Shown: one piece after another, positions 27,817 to 43,330 of the stretch
How the letters are laid out: each line of letters begins with the position of its first letter
Numbering within the stretch: the stretch's first letter is position 1
Assembly (NCBI GenBank): GCA_951406725.2
Contig: OX597829.1
Coordinates: forward strand, 4,402,001 to 4,466,000
Source: Octopus vulgaris
Lineage: Eukaryota
Length of the DNA stretch: 64,000 bases
Reading direction: 5' to 3'
Made by a program: the position numbers and the translations under genes
The notes under the pieces: model-generated
The model's input: only the letters and a program-made list of their open reading frames with translations
Database searches by the model: none
Told to the model about the DNA's origin: nothing

Positions 27817-28566
27817 GAGTTCTACACATATGTTTTGGTTTTTGAAAATACAACATTGAACAAAGGATATTCTAATATTTGAATGAAACCTGTATGATAA
27901 AACTTAATATTTATTTAATCAGTGAAATATTAGACTAAATCAATTGAAGATCAGACAACAGACTCAGTGGTTGTCAGTTTGTATTCTGTCATCTGTAACT
28001 TCAACACAAGAAAGTTTCTTTTTCAAGTATGGACCTTATGAAATTTTGCTCATTATACATTGAAGGACAAATCTTTCAAATTCAATAACACTATAAAATG
28101 GTCAAAACTTAAATTCTTTTCCCCAAGATCTTATACCCCACCTTGGAGTAAACATCATGACCAATTAACCAGCAAAACAATTTTTTCTTCTTCCCTCTCT
28201 CCTTTTTCTCCCTTCCCCTCTTTTTCTTTAACACTTCTTCCAAATACAAAAACACACACATATAGCACACACACATGCTCTCTCACTCTCACTTTCTCCC
28301 ATTCATCACCCTCTTGTACTGTCTTATGTCCCTCCCCACCACTACACACTCAATAACACTATAAAATGGTCAAAACTTTTTCACAGAAACGTAGTTCGAT
28401 TTGAAAACCCCACTAGAATGGGAGAAAGCGCGAATACATGATCTAAGTTATATGATGTATAAAAACATGTAATATACAAATAAATATCTGTAAATATAAA
28501 ACCATCCGAATTTCTGAGTACCTCATTTCTTCTAATATAAAATACCTGTACATCATCTCCAAACCT

Positions 28567-28720
<154 letters not shown>

Positions 28721-29052
28721 ATTTAGGGCTAGAAAACCACTAGGTGGATAGCCATATACTACAAGAAGATGACATACGATCAGACTACAAAGAAAGAATG
28801 TTCTCCAGAGAAAATTCAGCGAACACCAGAACATGGGCGGGCAAGACAGATGAAAATTACATAAAAATCAAGATTACTTCTTGATATGTGATCTTCTTCT
28901 AGCATATGGCTATCCACCTAGTAGTTTTATTTAGCCCTAAATATACATATGTATTGAAATTTTTTCTGATTGTTCAAAATTTTTTTAGGCTCGGCTACTG
29001 GATTTAAATTGATATTAATTAAATTAATATTCAAATTATCTCCCTCATTATT

Positions 29053-29109
<57 letters not shown>

Positions 29110-29329
29110 GTAAATAAATGGCACAACGAAGCACCGATATTTACTGGAAAATAGCGAACGTAATAAATACGACGCTAATGTATAGCTTCACTGCGTATGT
29201 ACTAGTAAAGATGCGTGTGTGCAACAAACATGAAAAAAAATTGTCTTACCTGTAGGAAGAACATCTGAAAAATGAAAAACCTAGAAATGGATAATGCAGG
29301 ACCGGTTTCAGACTCTTCAAATATACGTT

Positions 29330-29464
29330 TACCAACCACATGGTTCTGGGTTCAGTTCCACTCTGTGATACCTTGGGCAAGTGTCTTCTACTATAGCCTC
29401 GGGCTGACAACAGCCTTGTGAGTGGATTTGGTAGACGGAAACTGAAAGAAGCCCGTCGTATATA

Positions 29465-29504
<40 letters not shown>

Positions 29505-29676
29505 CAGGTGCAGGTGTGGCTGTGTGGTAAGTAGCTTGCTTACCAACCACATGGTTCCGGGTTCATTTCCACTACACTACGTGGCACCTGGGGCAACAGT
29601 CTTCTGCTATAGCCTCGGGTCTACCAAAGCCTTGTGAATGGATTTGGTAGACGGAAACTGAAAGAAGCCCATCGCG

Positions 29677-29719
<43 letters not shown>

Positions 29720-29960
29720 AGTGGATGTGTGGTAAGTAGCTTGCTTACCAGCCACACGGTTCTGGGTTCAGTCCCGCTACGTGGCAACTTGGATAGTGTC
29801 TTCTATTATATCCTCGGGCCGACCAAAGCCTTCCGAGTAGATTTGGTAGACGGAATCTGAAAGAAGTATCTATAGTAGAAGACACTTGCCCAAGGTGCCA
29901 CGAAGTGGGACTGAACCAGGAACTACGTAGTTGGTAAGCAAGCTACTTACCATACAGCCA
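29330..29960. mobile_element. Cluster of SINE family A heads (three +, one -)
   Basis: Repeated head motif separated by (TA)n. Confidence 0.8.
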
Positions 29961-29963
29961 TCT

Positions 29964-29994
<31 letters not shown>

Positions 29995-30033
29995 CAGTGG
30001 GAATGAACCCGGGACCATGTGGTAAGCAAGCTA

Positions 30034-33000
30034 CTTTATTTCATAAATATTTGCCATGAAGGCATTACAAAGAGGGGACGAACAAGAACAGACAAACATA
30101 AAAGGGTGAAGCAGCTGTAGCGATTAAATATTTACAATTTAACATTTACAATAATTTAATAGATATGTTTATAACTTTTGACTTGCTCGTTAGAAATGAA
30201 ATTTGCAATGGCTTCTCTGAAGGATAGGCATCCGACCACCAGGGTAAACCCCTTTGCTTTTTCTTTCCTGTTTTTGGCTTCCACTTACCTGGTTCCAAAC
30301 ACTCCCAGCTTCCTCGCCACAGGCTTCCATCTTCTCATGAATCTGTCTCGTGACAGGTATCTTTACTCCAGTCTGATCTTATTACTGAGGTGGTAACTAA
30401 AAAAGTTAACCAACCCCTGGCCGGATACAAAAGTACCCGTCACTATGCCTCTCACACGCGGCTTCCATACTGTTTCTTTCAGTATGGCTACTACGCCGAA
30501 AAAGCAAGCCTTCCTTTCCCTGTTAAGGGAAGGAGGCGGCACAATCTCGATGATAGATTCAGCTGATAGCTGTACTCTTCCCATCGATAACAGTTGCTCT
30601 GCGAAAACTATCAGTCCCGTTAATTCCAGACACTCCACAAATGCGTGCAAGACGGTTTCTCTGTCCTGCCCGCACCTCGGACATGTCGACGAGACGGCAA
30701 TTCCGTGCCTTGACAGTTTATCACGAATAGGTAACGCCGCACGGAAGCACTGCCAAGCCAGAGATTTCTGGTAATTGTCCAGATATCCCGGCCCAAAAGT
30801 TCTCCGGAACAGGTTGATTAACTGATTTTCATCGTAGCCCAGGGTTTCCCCAAGGCGTCTTCGGACTTAACCTCCACTAACCCACTATAGAAATCCGCGG
30901 TGGAACTCTTGTCGCCGGCATTGCCCGACCGAGAGAGTAGCTGAAGTGCCTGGCGGCTCCAATTGCCCGTCCCCCAGCCTAGATCTCTGCTTGATCCAAT
31001 TACCAATACCCGTTAAGGATGTTAATTGCGGAAGGTAGAACCGAACGTGCGGTGACCACACCTGCTCTCCATCCATGTAAAGCCAGAGGCGCCTCAACCC
31101 TAACGCGAATTTTCGCATCCTCAGCCAAGGCATCCCTAGCCCACCATTTAGCAGTTTCTGACAGCAGACAGTGCGCTTCAGGAGTGACTTTCCTCCCTTC
31201 CACAAAAAGTGGAAAAGGATTCTCTCCAACTTGTTCAGTCACAAATGGGGGCAAGGCACTACGGTCAGACGGTAGGTGATAACCGATGCTATAAACATCT
31301 GCACCACCTCTGTCTTTCCTAGCAAGGATCACGCCCGCCCAAACCAGGTCTGGGTTAGGGCAGTCACCTTGCTGGCCGCCTCACTCCAATTTATTTCTAT
31401 CTGAAGGTCTGGCCCGAACCAGACTCCGAGCACCTTAACAGGACCTTCCGTCCAACGCCCCACGATGTTATTGGACGGCATCGGCTTGCACCTCCAGGTG
31501 CCGAGCTGCAAACCAATTGACTTGTCCTTGTTAACCTTTGCTCCTGCCACCGCCTCGTAACTTTGATAGCCTCTTCCACCACTGGAAGCTGGCCATCATC
31601 CGCCACGATGATGGAGATGTCATCCGCGTACGTCGTAGCTCCTCTTCCACCCCATAGATCTTGCGGTGCGCCCCCTAGTGCCTCCAACATCCGCAATAAT
31701 GACTCGAAAGCCAGCACATACAAAAGCGGGGATAGGGGACACCCCTGACGCACTGAGCGTTCGATCCTAAATGGCTTTGAAAGGAAACCATTTACTTTTA
31801 CGACGGACTCGATGTCGCTGTACAACGCAGCAATCCAACCGCGGAAGGTCGGGCCCAGACCAGCCTTCTCGAGGACCACCGCCAAGTACCGATGGTCGAC
31901 CCTATCGAATGCCTTAGACTGGTCTAAATGTACCAGTGACCCCCCCCCCGAACCAGAAATCTTCCCCACCCTCTCTAAGGAGTAGCGTATAAGGTGGAGA
32001 TTGTCGTGGATCGTCCTGCCCGAGATAGGCACGTTTGCGGTTCCCCGACAAGTTTGTCCACGACCCGCGCCTACCTTTTCGCTAGCATCTTGGCCAAAAT
32101 CTGTGTTCAGCAGAATTATGGGCCTGAAGTTCCCTATCTCGTCCCCCTTGCTCGAGTCCTTCTTGATCAACGTCACCCCACCCCTCGATTTTCAGACTTG
32201 GGAATTCTCCCATTCTGCTGCCAATTGGCGTAGACGCTGGCCAGCAGGTGCCCGAACAAGTCTGGCATAGTTTTGTAGAATTCATAAGGCAGACCATCGA
32301 GACCCGGCGCTTCTCCACGGGGTATTCGCCCAGTACCTCGATTACCTCCTCGGCCGTGATTGGTCCTTCACAGCACTCAGCCTCTCGTGCCGAGAGACGC
32401 AGGCCGCCAGACAGGAAGTCCCTAAGGGCCTCACCATGATCCAGCGTCCCGCCACTCCCAAACAACTCGACAAAGTGCTTGTGAATCGCCTCACACATCT
32501 TGTCCCGTCCATCGACCGAACACACATTGTCATCCACGAGGGACCTAATTGTGGCATCATTACCACGCTGCGTTTCTACCGTACGGGCCCATCCGGCAAC
32601 ATTAATCCCCTCACGGCCCAATGCGCGCACTTTTGCCCGAACTCTGCACTCCTCATGTTTGGCTTTGAGGTGATGGTCCAAGGCCGTACTCGCTGACGAA
32701 ATGTGAGATGCAGAGCCCAACCTCAGCGCCTCCTCTAGGTCCTTAACTAGTTGCCCTTCTATTCTGGCCTTATCTAGTCTTAGCTGACGGCTAAACCTAA
32801 TAGAATCAAAACGAATGGCACTCTTCAGGGCGATCCACCATCGGTTATTAACCACCACGCCGGTTAACGCCCTCTGTACTAATTCCTCAATCCGGCTACG
32901 GTATGCCTCGCAAGTCAAAATAGACTTGTTCAGCTTCCAGTAGCTGAATCCTCTCTTAACTGTACTATCTATGTCCAGTCTACACTTAACCATTCTGTGG

Positions 33001-34200
33001 TCAGTGTATACTACCTGGACAAGCTGTGGACAGCTAAAACTAGACTTATCTCCAATTCTTATCACTATCCTATCTAAATAGGACTTGAACCTTCCGTTGC
33101 CACTCATCCAGGTCCACTCTGGGACGTTTGGATGGTCAAGTCTGTAACGATCTGCCAACTGAAACTGCTTGAGTAGATCCACGAGACGTGAGTTTACTTT
33201 CCTATAGATCGAGTCAACGCTATCGATGCGTGCATCAACAATAGCGTTATAGTCACCTAACACCACTAATGTCTTCGACGTCAAGAGAAAGTTCTCTAGG
33301 CGCCGATAAAAATCAGTATGAAATCCTCTAGCACAAGGTGCATAGATTCCGATCAACCCGAAGGCCTTATTACTGTATGTCACATCAAGGACGACCAGCC
33401 CACCTTCTGGGTCTACATAGACTATACTTGTCTGCAGAGCCAAGCCTTTTCGAACCAGTACTACTACACCCTCGCCCTCCGGTCCGGCTAGGAGACATGA
33501 TTTTCTCATAGTCATTCAGGAGGGGCGAGAAGGCCTGAAGACTGTCCAGCTTGGTCTCTGTAGCGAAACTGGTACTTATTTAATCGACCCCGAAAGAATG
33601 AAAGGCAAAGTCGACCTCGGCGGAATTTGAACTCAGAACGTAATGGCAGACGAAATACCGCTAAGCATTTCGCCCGGCATGCTAACGTTTCTGCTAGCTC
33701 GCCGCCTTAATCACATGCATATCGTGTGATCTGAGTTCGTCGAGGAAACAAGCTTGCTTCCACTTCGAGCTCAGACCACGCACATTCAAACACCCAAGGT
33801 TAAGTGCAGTCATTTAAACAAAAGAAAAGCAAGGGTTCTACTTACCCTTTGACCTTTTCTTTTGTTGGTGATGCTGGGGCTGGCCTCACCACACGTGAGG
33901 CAGTCCTTTCCTTCTGCTCCTTCAAAAACTCCTTCAAATACCGCGGAAGGTCCGGGATGTTCGTGATGGTCCTCGGATGCCTACCCTTCATTTCTTTATA
34001 CAGTTTTTCCGATATCCACTCACATCTCTCTTGCGTGCCTTCGGGCTGCTGCAACAGCTCCGCGGTGTGGTACTTTTTTAAAATGTCCGTAATATATTTA
34101 TCCCTGGTATCAAACTTTACCAGGGTTTTTGTTTCGCCTTTGTTCTTTTTTATTTTCTCTTCAGGGACACAGGAGCGGGACCTTTTTTTTTATGTGGTGT
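30034..34200 (-). mobile_element. Tx1/L1-clade LINE (ORF1 remnant; APE endonuclease-RT ORF2 starting [13 protein letters not shown] at 33813), degenerate
   Basis: VVLGDYN, SYLDRI, TDH, WKLN (APE); NFRPIILLNTD, LDQSKAFDRVDH, RQGCPLSPLLY, YADDI (RT); FLWKG and GGLGMP C-terminal motifs. Confidence 0.92.
33567..33709 (-). mobile_element. SINE family B inserted into the LINE endonuclease domain
   Basis: Interrupts the ORF2 reading frame between LNVRG and ETKL. Confidence 0.8.
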
Positions 34201-34301
34201 GGTGTTTTTCTTCTATTTTCTTTGTTGGAGATATGAATGGGGAAACTTACCACTCAGCCACTCCTGCGCCTATATATACTTATACATACATATATATATA
34301 T

Positions 34302-34370
<69 letters not shown>

Positions 34371-34377
34371 TGTATGC

Positions 34378-34416
<39 letters not shown>

Positions 34417-34423
34417 TGTATGC

Positions 34424-34468
<45 letters not shown>

Positions 34469-34635
34469 TATATACGTCGGGCTTCTTTCAGTTTCCGTTT
34501 ACCAAATCCACTTACAAGGCTTGGATCGTCCCAAGGCTATAGTAGAAGACACCTGCTCAAGGTGCCACGCATTGGGAATGAACCCGGAACCATGAGGTTG
34601 GTAAACAAGCTACTTACCACACAGCCACCTCTGCG

Positions 34636-34752
<117 letters not shown>

Positions 34753-34793
34753 CACATTCATACATATATATGTATTGTGCAAATTCTAAAGGA

Positions 34794-34827
<34 letters not shown>

Positions 34828-35331
34828 CCACATACACACCTTTAGCCTTTGCAGAAAGATGAAAATTTAAGGGGCGGCATAAATTTGATGGTGTCAAAGA
34901 CCCGCTTTTTGATCGATACTCTACCTTTATCGGGTCCGTCAGATCAAAGCAACACACAACTTCTGAGGTGTAAAGGAAAAAAAAGAAAACCCCGATGAAC
35001 CCCGACAAAAATTATTTCAACTCCACTTCCGTTCTTTTCAGCTGGTCACCGCCCCCATTCTCACTAATGGCTTCTTAAGACAGGCACCTGGTCGCTGAGA
35101 AACGGAGAAATGTTAATTAACTGAGGCCCAGGTGTGAGGCCGAAAAGCAGCCATTACGGGGCAAAGAATTATTGTAAATATGTAAATGAAAATCCTAGAT
35201 CAGGGGCCGGGGGACGTTTTAACCAGTCACTCCAAGGTATTGTGTCATTCTTTAATATCTTTCAGTCATTCAACTGCGGCCACGCTAGAGCGACGCGTTT
35301 TAGTCGAACAAATCGACACCAGGAGTTATAT

Positions 35332-35560
35332 ATTTCTTTACTACCCACAAGGTGCTAAACACAGAGGGGACAAACAAGGACAGACAAACAGATTAAGTCG
35401 ATTACATCGACCCCAGTGCATAACTGGTACTTAATTTATCGACCTCGAAAGAATGAAAGGCAAAGTCGACCTGGGCGGAATTTGAACTCAGAACGTAACG
35501 GCAGACGAAATACGGCTACGTATTTCGTCCGGCGTGCTAACGTTTCTGCCAGCTCGCCAC
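35332..35560 (-). mobile_element. SINE family B
   Basis: Full copy in reverse complement. Confidence 0.85.
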
Positions 35561-35564
35561 CAGC

Positions 35565-36525
<961 letters not shown>

Positions 36526-36554
36526 TATATATGGTAGCTTAGGGTTATCTCTCA

Positions 36555-37465
36555 CCGGTTGGATTTCGCGGTTGTGGTCATGAATGGATTACCGGTAATA
36601 GATATCTTTGTGGTGGTCATAGTTGGACAGTCGGTGATAGATATATTGGTGGTGGTCATGGTTGGGTTACCTGTAATAGATGTCTCAGTGGTCGTCATGG
36701 TTAGATTGCCGGGCATAGATGCCTTGGTGGTAGTCATGGCTGGATTGCCGGGGATAGATATCTTTGTGGTGGTCATATTTAGATTGTTGGGGACTGATGA
36801 CTTGGTGGTAGTCATGGCTGGATTGCCGGGGATAGATATCTTTGTGGTCGTCATGGTTGGATTTCCAGTGGGGGATATCTCGGCGGCAGTCGTGGTTAGA
36901 TTGCCGGGGACAGACGATTTGGTGAAAATCACGGCTGGATTCCCGGGGATAGATATCTTTATGGTGGTCATGGCTGGATTGCCGGTGGGAGATATCTCGG
37001 TGGTGGCCATGGTTAGATTGCCGGTGACAGATGTCTTGGTGGTAGTCATGGTTGGATTGCCGGGGATAGATATCTTTGTGGTGGTCATGGTTGGATTGCC
37101 GGTGGGGGATATCTCGGTGGTGGCCGTGGTTAGATTGCCGGTGACAGATGTCTTGGTGGTATTCTTGGCTGGATTGCCGGGTTCAGATATTTTTGTGGTG
37201 GTCACGGTTGGATTGCCGGGGATAAATATCATGTGGTGGTCATGTTTAGATTGTCGGGGACTGATGACTTGGTGGTAGTCATGGCTGGTTTGCCGGGGAT
37301 AGATATTTTGTGGTAGTCATGGTTGGATTGCCAGTGGGGGATATTTCGGCGGTAGTCGTGGTTAGCTTGCTGGGAACAGACGTTTTGGTGGTAGTCATGG
37401 CTGGATTGCCGGGGAGAGATATCTTTGTGGTGGTCATGGCCTTATTGCCGGGGATAGATATCCAT
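36555..37465. repeat. 39-bp minisatellite (about 23 units; gtggtggtcatggttggattgccggggatagatatcttt)
   Basis: The 13-aa periodicity TTTKISIPGNPAM is visible in ORF 36552..37232. Confidence 0.9.
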
Positions 37466-37494
37466 CACGATGGTCACGGTGGTATTGTCGATAC

Positions 37495-37768
37495 TAGATA
37501 TCGTAGGTGATCACCACGGTGGGACCGTCAGTGGTAGATATCGACAGTGATGGCCATGATCAAAATGTAGTCGATATATATCGTAGGTGATTGTCACGGT
37601 TGGATTGTCGGTGATGGCCATGGTCGGATTGTAGTCGATATATATCGTAGGGGATTGCCACGGTTGGATTGTCGGTGATGGCCATGGTTGGATTGTAGTC
37701 TATATATATATATATCGTAGGTGATTGCCACGGCTGGATTGACGGTGATGGCCTTGGTCGGATTGAAG

Positions 37769-37811
<43 letters not shown>

Positions 37812-37863
37812 TAGGTGATTGCCACGGTGGGATTGTCGATGATGGCCATGGTCGGATTCTATT

Positions 37864-37870
<7 letters not shown>
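37495..37870. repeat. Composite satellite (atcgtaggtgattgccacggttggattgtcggtgatggccatggtcggattgtagtcgat plus (AT)n), left part
   Basis: About 5 tandem units separated by variable (AT)n. Confidence 0.9.
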
Positions 37871-37895
<25 letters not shown>

Positions 37896-38282
37896 ATTGA
37901 GATAGGGGTTGTAAATGCAACCCTCCATGGGATAACATATATCCAATATACTGCCAGTAAAGCACCCAACAAAGTTAATACATAAATGTTAAGAATTGCG
38001 ATGCAATTAATTCATTTACTGTATTATATGGGCAAAGGTAAAATGTTTTACCACAAACTAATAATACAAAATAAGAAAATGGAGAAATACATCTTAATCA
38101 ATAATCGACTACTAGTTAATACCCATTCACATAATTTATTAACCAACTACATATGAACATCAAGGTCAAACATAATAGTACACAAGAAAATAGTGCACAT
38201 CAATGAGTAATATGATACAATAAGTACAATATGTATAAATAAATATATATAAATATAAATAAATATAAGTATAAATATAAAC

Positions 38283-38416
38283 TATATCTTACAGCTGTTT
38301 CAGCCATGTAGCTATGAGTATCTCATTATGCTCATATTAGCCAGGTGTGATAAGTTAATATGTGGTTATAAATGAGACACTTACAAATATATCCCAAGGC
38401 CTCTTCAGAGATTATA
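38283..38416 (-). ncRNA. Type I hammerhead ribozyme with extended stem II
   Basis: Minus strand reads atct-CTGAAGA-ggcc...(about 90 nt)...ggct-GAAAC-AGCT-GTA-agat; the catalytic core is intact. Confidence 0.7.
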
Positions 38417-38749
38417 AAGTACAATCTAAATATGAATATCAGAGAAGGTACACCTATACAAGAATGAGTTCATATGCATAATATATAATATACACATACA
38501 TATAAGAGTAAATACAGATGCACCTATATATATATATATATATATATACGCATTTACATAATAATATAAAATAATATACATATAGGCGCAGGAGTGGCTG
38601 TGTGGTAAGTAGCTTGCTAACCAACCACATGGTTCCGGGTTCAGTCCCACTGCGTGGCATCTTGGGCAAGTGTCTTCTGCTATAGCCCCGGGCCGACCAA
38701 TGCCTTGTGAGTGGATTTGGTAGACGGAAACTGAAAGAAGACTGTCGTA

Positions 38750-38822
<73 letters not shown>

Positions 38823-39171
38823 ATATGTTTGTGTGTCTGTGTTTGTCCCCCTAGCATTGCTTGACAACCGATGCTGGTGTGTTTACGTCCCCGTCACTTA
38901 GCGGTTCGGCAAAAGAGACCGATAGAATAAGTACTGGGCTTACAAAAAATAAGTCCTGGGGTCGATTTGCTCGACTAAAGGCGGTGCTCCAGCATGGCCA
39001 CAGTCAAAGGACTGAAACAAGTAAAAGAGAAAGAGAAAGATACACATATATAATGTTACAGTTAGTCAAATCAATATATATAATATTTATATTATAATAT
39101 AAAAAAAACATATCCATATGCAAATGTACATGTACAAAGTCAAGAGTTCATTATATTAAGTTACAAAATAC

Positions 39172-39172
<1 letters not shown>

Positions 39173-39261
<89 letters not shown>

Positions 39262-39300
39262 TATTATTATTATTATTAATATCATTATTATTATTATTAC

Positions 39301-39340
<40 letters not shown>

Positions 39341-39341
39341 A

Positions 39342-39391
<50 letters not shown>

Positions 39392-39411
39392 ATCATTATT
39401 ATTATTATTAC

Positions 39412-39448
<37 letters not shown>

Positions 39449-39497
39449 ATCATTATTATTATTATTACTATTATTATTATTATTATTATTATTAATA

Positions 39498-39546
<49 letters not shown>

Positions 39547-39576
39547 CATTATTAATATCATTATTATTATTATTAC

Positions 39577-39619
<43 letters not shown>

Positions 39620-39639
39620 ATCATTATTATTATTATTAC

Positions 39640-39682
<43 letters not shown>

Positions 39683-39683
39683 A

Positions 39684-39730
<47 letters not shown>

Positions 39731-39750
39731 ATCATTATTATTATTATTAC

Positions 39751-39793
<43 letters not shown>

Positions 39794-39838
39794 ATCATTA
39801 TTATTATTATTACTATTATTATTATTATTATTATTATT

Positions 39839-39924
<86 letters not shown>
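39173..39924. repeat. (ATT)n/(CAT)n microsatellite with a higher-order pattern
   Basis: tta repeats punctuated periodically by aatatca and cta. Confidence 0.95.
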
Positions 39925-39925
<1 letters not shown>

Positions 39926-40347
39926 TGGTTTGAAAATATATTGAAATATATATGTATATTCTGATATATACATGGTTTTTGATCTTCATGGAATTTTCCA
40001 TTGGTGTCGGGCGTATACACACATCATATCTTAGGCTGTTGGTTTGGGACTTTGATATACTGATACCTAACTAGTTTGGGTCTATATTTACTATACGGTG
40101 TTTACATTTGGATAAGTATGTGTATATATATTTACTTATATTTTGTGTGTATGTGTATGTATATGTAAGTATGTATATGTATATTTATGTATATGTATAT
40201 GTATATGTGTTAGTATATGTGTTTGTCTACACATGCATGTGATATATATATCTTCCTTGTGGGTCTTCCCATGTATTTGCTTGGTAGTTGATTATTGATT
40301 ATTGATTAAGGTGTATTTCACCATTTTCTTATTTTGTATATATATAT

Positions 40348-40404
40348 ATATCGTAGGTGATTGCCACGGTTGGTTTGTCGGTGATGGTCATGGTCGGATT
40401 GTAG

Positions 40405-40439
<35 letters not shown>

Positions 40440-40493
40440 TAGGTGATTGCCACGGTTTGTTTGTCGGTGATGGTCATGGTCGGATTGTAATCG

Positions 40494-40531
<38 letters not shown>

Positions 40532-41761
40532 CGTAGGTGATTGCCACGGTTGGATTTGTCGGTGATGATCATGGTCGAATTGTAGTCGATATATATATGT
40601 ATATATATATGTATATATATATCGTAGGTGATTGCCCCATTTGGATTGTCGATGATGGCCATGGTCGGATTGTAGTCGATATATATATATATATCGTAGG
40701 TGATTGCCACGTTTGTATTGTCGATGATGGCTATAGTCGGATTGTAGTCGATATATATAAATATATCGTGATTGCCTCAGTTGGATTGTCGGTGATAGTC
40801 ATGGACGGATTGTAGTCGATATATATATATATATATATATATAGCGTAGGTGATCTCCACGGCTGTAATGTCGGTGATGGTCATGGTCGGATTGTAGTCG
40901 ATATGTACATATTATAGTCGATATATATCGTAGGTGATTGGCACGGTTGGATTGTCGGTGATGGTCGTGGTCTGATTGTAGTCGATATATATCGTAGGTG
41001 ATTGCCGTGGTTGGATTGTCGATGATGGCCATGGTCGGATTGTAGTCGATATATATATATATCGTAGGTGATTGCCACGCTTGGATTGTCAGTGATGGCC
41101 ATGGTCGGATTTTATGTCGATATATATATATATATCGTAGGTGATTGCCACGGTTGGATTGTCGGTGATGGCTATGGTCGGATTGTAGTCGATATATATA
41201 TATATGTATCGTAGGTGAATGTCACGGTTGGATTGTCGGTGATGGCCATTGTCGGATTGTAGTTGATACATATGTGTATATATATATATCGCAGGTGATT
41301 GCCGTGGTGGGATTGTCGGCGGCGGCGTTCTATGTCGGTATGTATCTGTTAGAACGGCGGCGGCGGATAGCTGTTTGTAAACAACGAGTGCTTCCTCTGT
41401 TCGGAGGCGGCGGCGTTGAATCGACGGGGGGCGGCGGCGGTGGCAGCCGTCGTGTAAACAGCAGCAGCCGCGGTAGCAGCAGTCGAAATAATTTCTGTGT
41501 GACGGTCATGGTTGTATTGTAGTCGATACATATGTATATAAATATATATATGTATATACATATATTTATGTATCGTACGTGATAGCCACTATTGGATTGT
41601 CGGATACATATATATATATATGACAATCCAATCGTGGCAATCACCTACGATTTATATATATATATATATATATATAAACATATATACATATATACGTATG
41701 TATCGACTACAATCCGACCATTACCATCACCGAGAATCCATCCAACCGTGGACATCACCTG

Positions 41762-41810
<49 letters not shown>

Positions 41811-42043
41811 CTACAATCCGACCATGACCATTACCGTCGATATCTACCACCGACAATCCCACCGTGGCAATCACCTACGAGATATATATATATCGACAAC
41901 AATCCGACTATGGCCATCACTGACAATCCAACCGTGGCAATCACCTACGATATATATATATATCGACTATAATCCGACCATGGCCATCATCGACAATGCA
42001 ACCGTGGCATTCACCTACGATATATATATACATATGTATCGAC

Positions 42044-42079
<36 letters not shown>

Positions 42080-42110
42080 TAGGTGATGGCCACGGAAGGA
42101 TTGTCGGCTG
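40348..42110. repeat. Composite satellite, right part, with an inverted block at about 41620-42030
   Basis: Same unit as 37495-37870; the units read in reverse complement between about 41620 and 42030. Confidence 0.9.
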
Positions 42111-42479
42111 TTTGTAAACAAACGAGACGGCTTCCTTTGTTCGGAGGAAGCAGCCGTAGTGTAATCAGCAGCTTCGGCCGCGGCAGCAGCAGCAGCCGGT
42201 CTAATTTCTGTGTGAAGGTGACGCAGGTAAGGTTCCCACGATAATGGAAGCGCCCTGCTTCTATAATACAAACCGCGCCGCCGCAAACAGCAGCCGCCGA
42301 CACCGCCGCCGCCGCCCTCACCCGCTGACCCGTCTCCATCCCCAACGCACACATATACACATGCACACGCTTCGCCCCCCTCCTCCACCGCATTCGCTCT
42401 CCCCCTCCACCCTCTTCGCCTTCTCTCCACGCATCCACTACCTTCCCCTGTTTTTTTCTTTTTTTCTTTCTTCCACCGC

Positions 42480-43330
42480 CCACCGGCACCGCCGCCGCCT
42501 CCTTCAAGCAACACTACCTTCGCTCCGTCACCACCGTCTCCAGCACTGCTGCACTCTTTCTCTCTACCACCCCTTCCCTCTCTCCCTCTCTTTCTTTCTC
42601 CGACTACTACGCTCACCAGCACCGCCGTCGCCTCCTTCAAGCAACAGCGCAACCACCCTCTCCAGCATCGCTGCTTTCTTTCTCTCTCTCTCTCATCCCT
42701 CCCTCTCCCTCTCTGTCTCTCTCCGACTACTACTCTCACCAGCACCACCGCCGCATTCCAGCAACACGGCGCTTCGCCACCACCTTCTCCAGCACCGCTG
42801 CACTCTTTCTCTCTATCACCCCTTCCCTCTCTCCCTCTCTTTCTCTCTCCGACTACTACCCTCACCAGCACCGCCATCCCCTCCTTCAAGCAACAGCGCC
42901 TCCGCTCCGCCACCACCCTCCTCAGCATCGCTGCACTCTTTCTCTCTATCGCCCCATCCCTCTCCCTCTTTCTCTCTCCGACCACTCTCATCACCACCAC
43001 CGCCCACAACGCCACCACCCTCTCCAGCATCGCTGCTTTCTTTCTCTCTATTACCCCTTCCCTCTCTCTCTCTCTGTCTCTCTCCGACTACTACCTTCAC
43101 CAGCACCACCGCAGCATTCCAGCAACACGGCGCTTCGTCACCACCTTCTCCAGCACCGCTGCACTCTTTCTCTCTATCACCCCTTCCCTCTCTCCCTCTC
43201 TTTCTCTCTCCGACTACTACCCTCACCAGCACCGCCACCTCCTTCAAGCAACACGGCGCTTCGCCACCACCGTCTCCAGCACCGCTGCACTCCTTATCTT
43301 CCCCCTCTCTCTTTCCTTTCTCTCTCACTT
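42480..43330. repeat. C/T-rich tandem repeat of about 120 bp
   Basis: ctccagcaccgctgcactctttctctctatcacccc...ccgactactac..caccagcacc..caagcaacac recurs about 6-7 times. Confidence 0.85.

Larger units (their letters stand above)
37895..40335 (-). mobile_element. Penelope-like terminal remnant interrupting the satellite; contains a nested SINE A (38584-39030) and an (ATT)n/(CAT)n tract
   Basis: 37895-38420 is the reverse complement of 6380-6925. An inverted partial end lies at about 40280-40335. Confidence 0.6.

Noticed and set aside
29295-29325. Hammerhead remnant TTGAAGA-GTCT-GAAAC-CG-GTC on the minus strand
   Set aside because: The 5' arm of stem I and C3 are missing, so it is too degenerate to call.
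36552-37278. Thr-rich mucin-like ORF (TTTKISIPGNPAM)n
   Set aside because: Open on both strands because of the 39-bp unit; the array continues out of frame beyond the ORF; no signal peptide or clear splice sites.
40348-41290. CRISPR-like repeat/spacer array
   Set aside because: The spacers are only (AT)n of variable length, the repeats are degenerate, there are no cas genes, and the context is eukaryotic.
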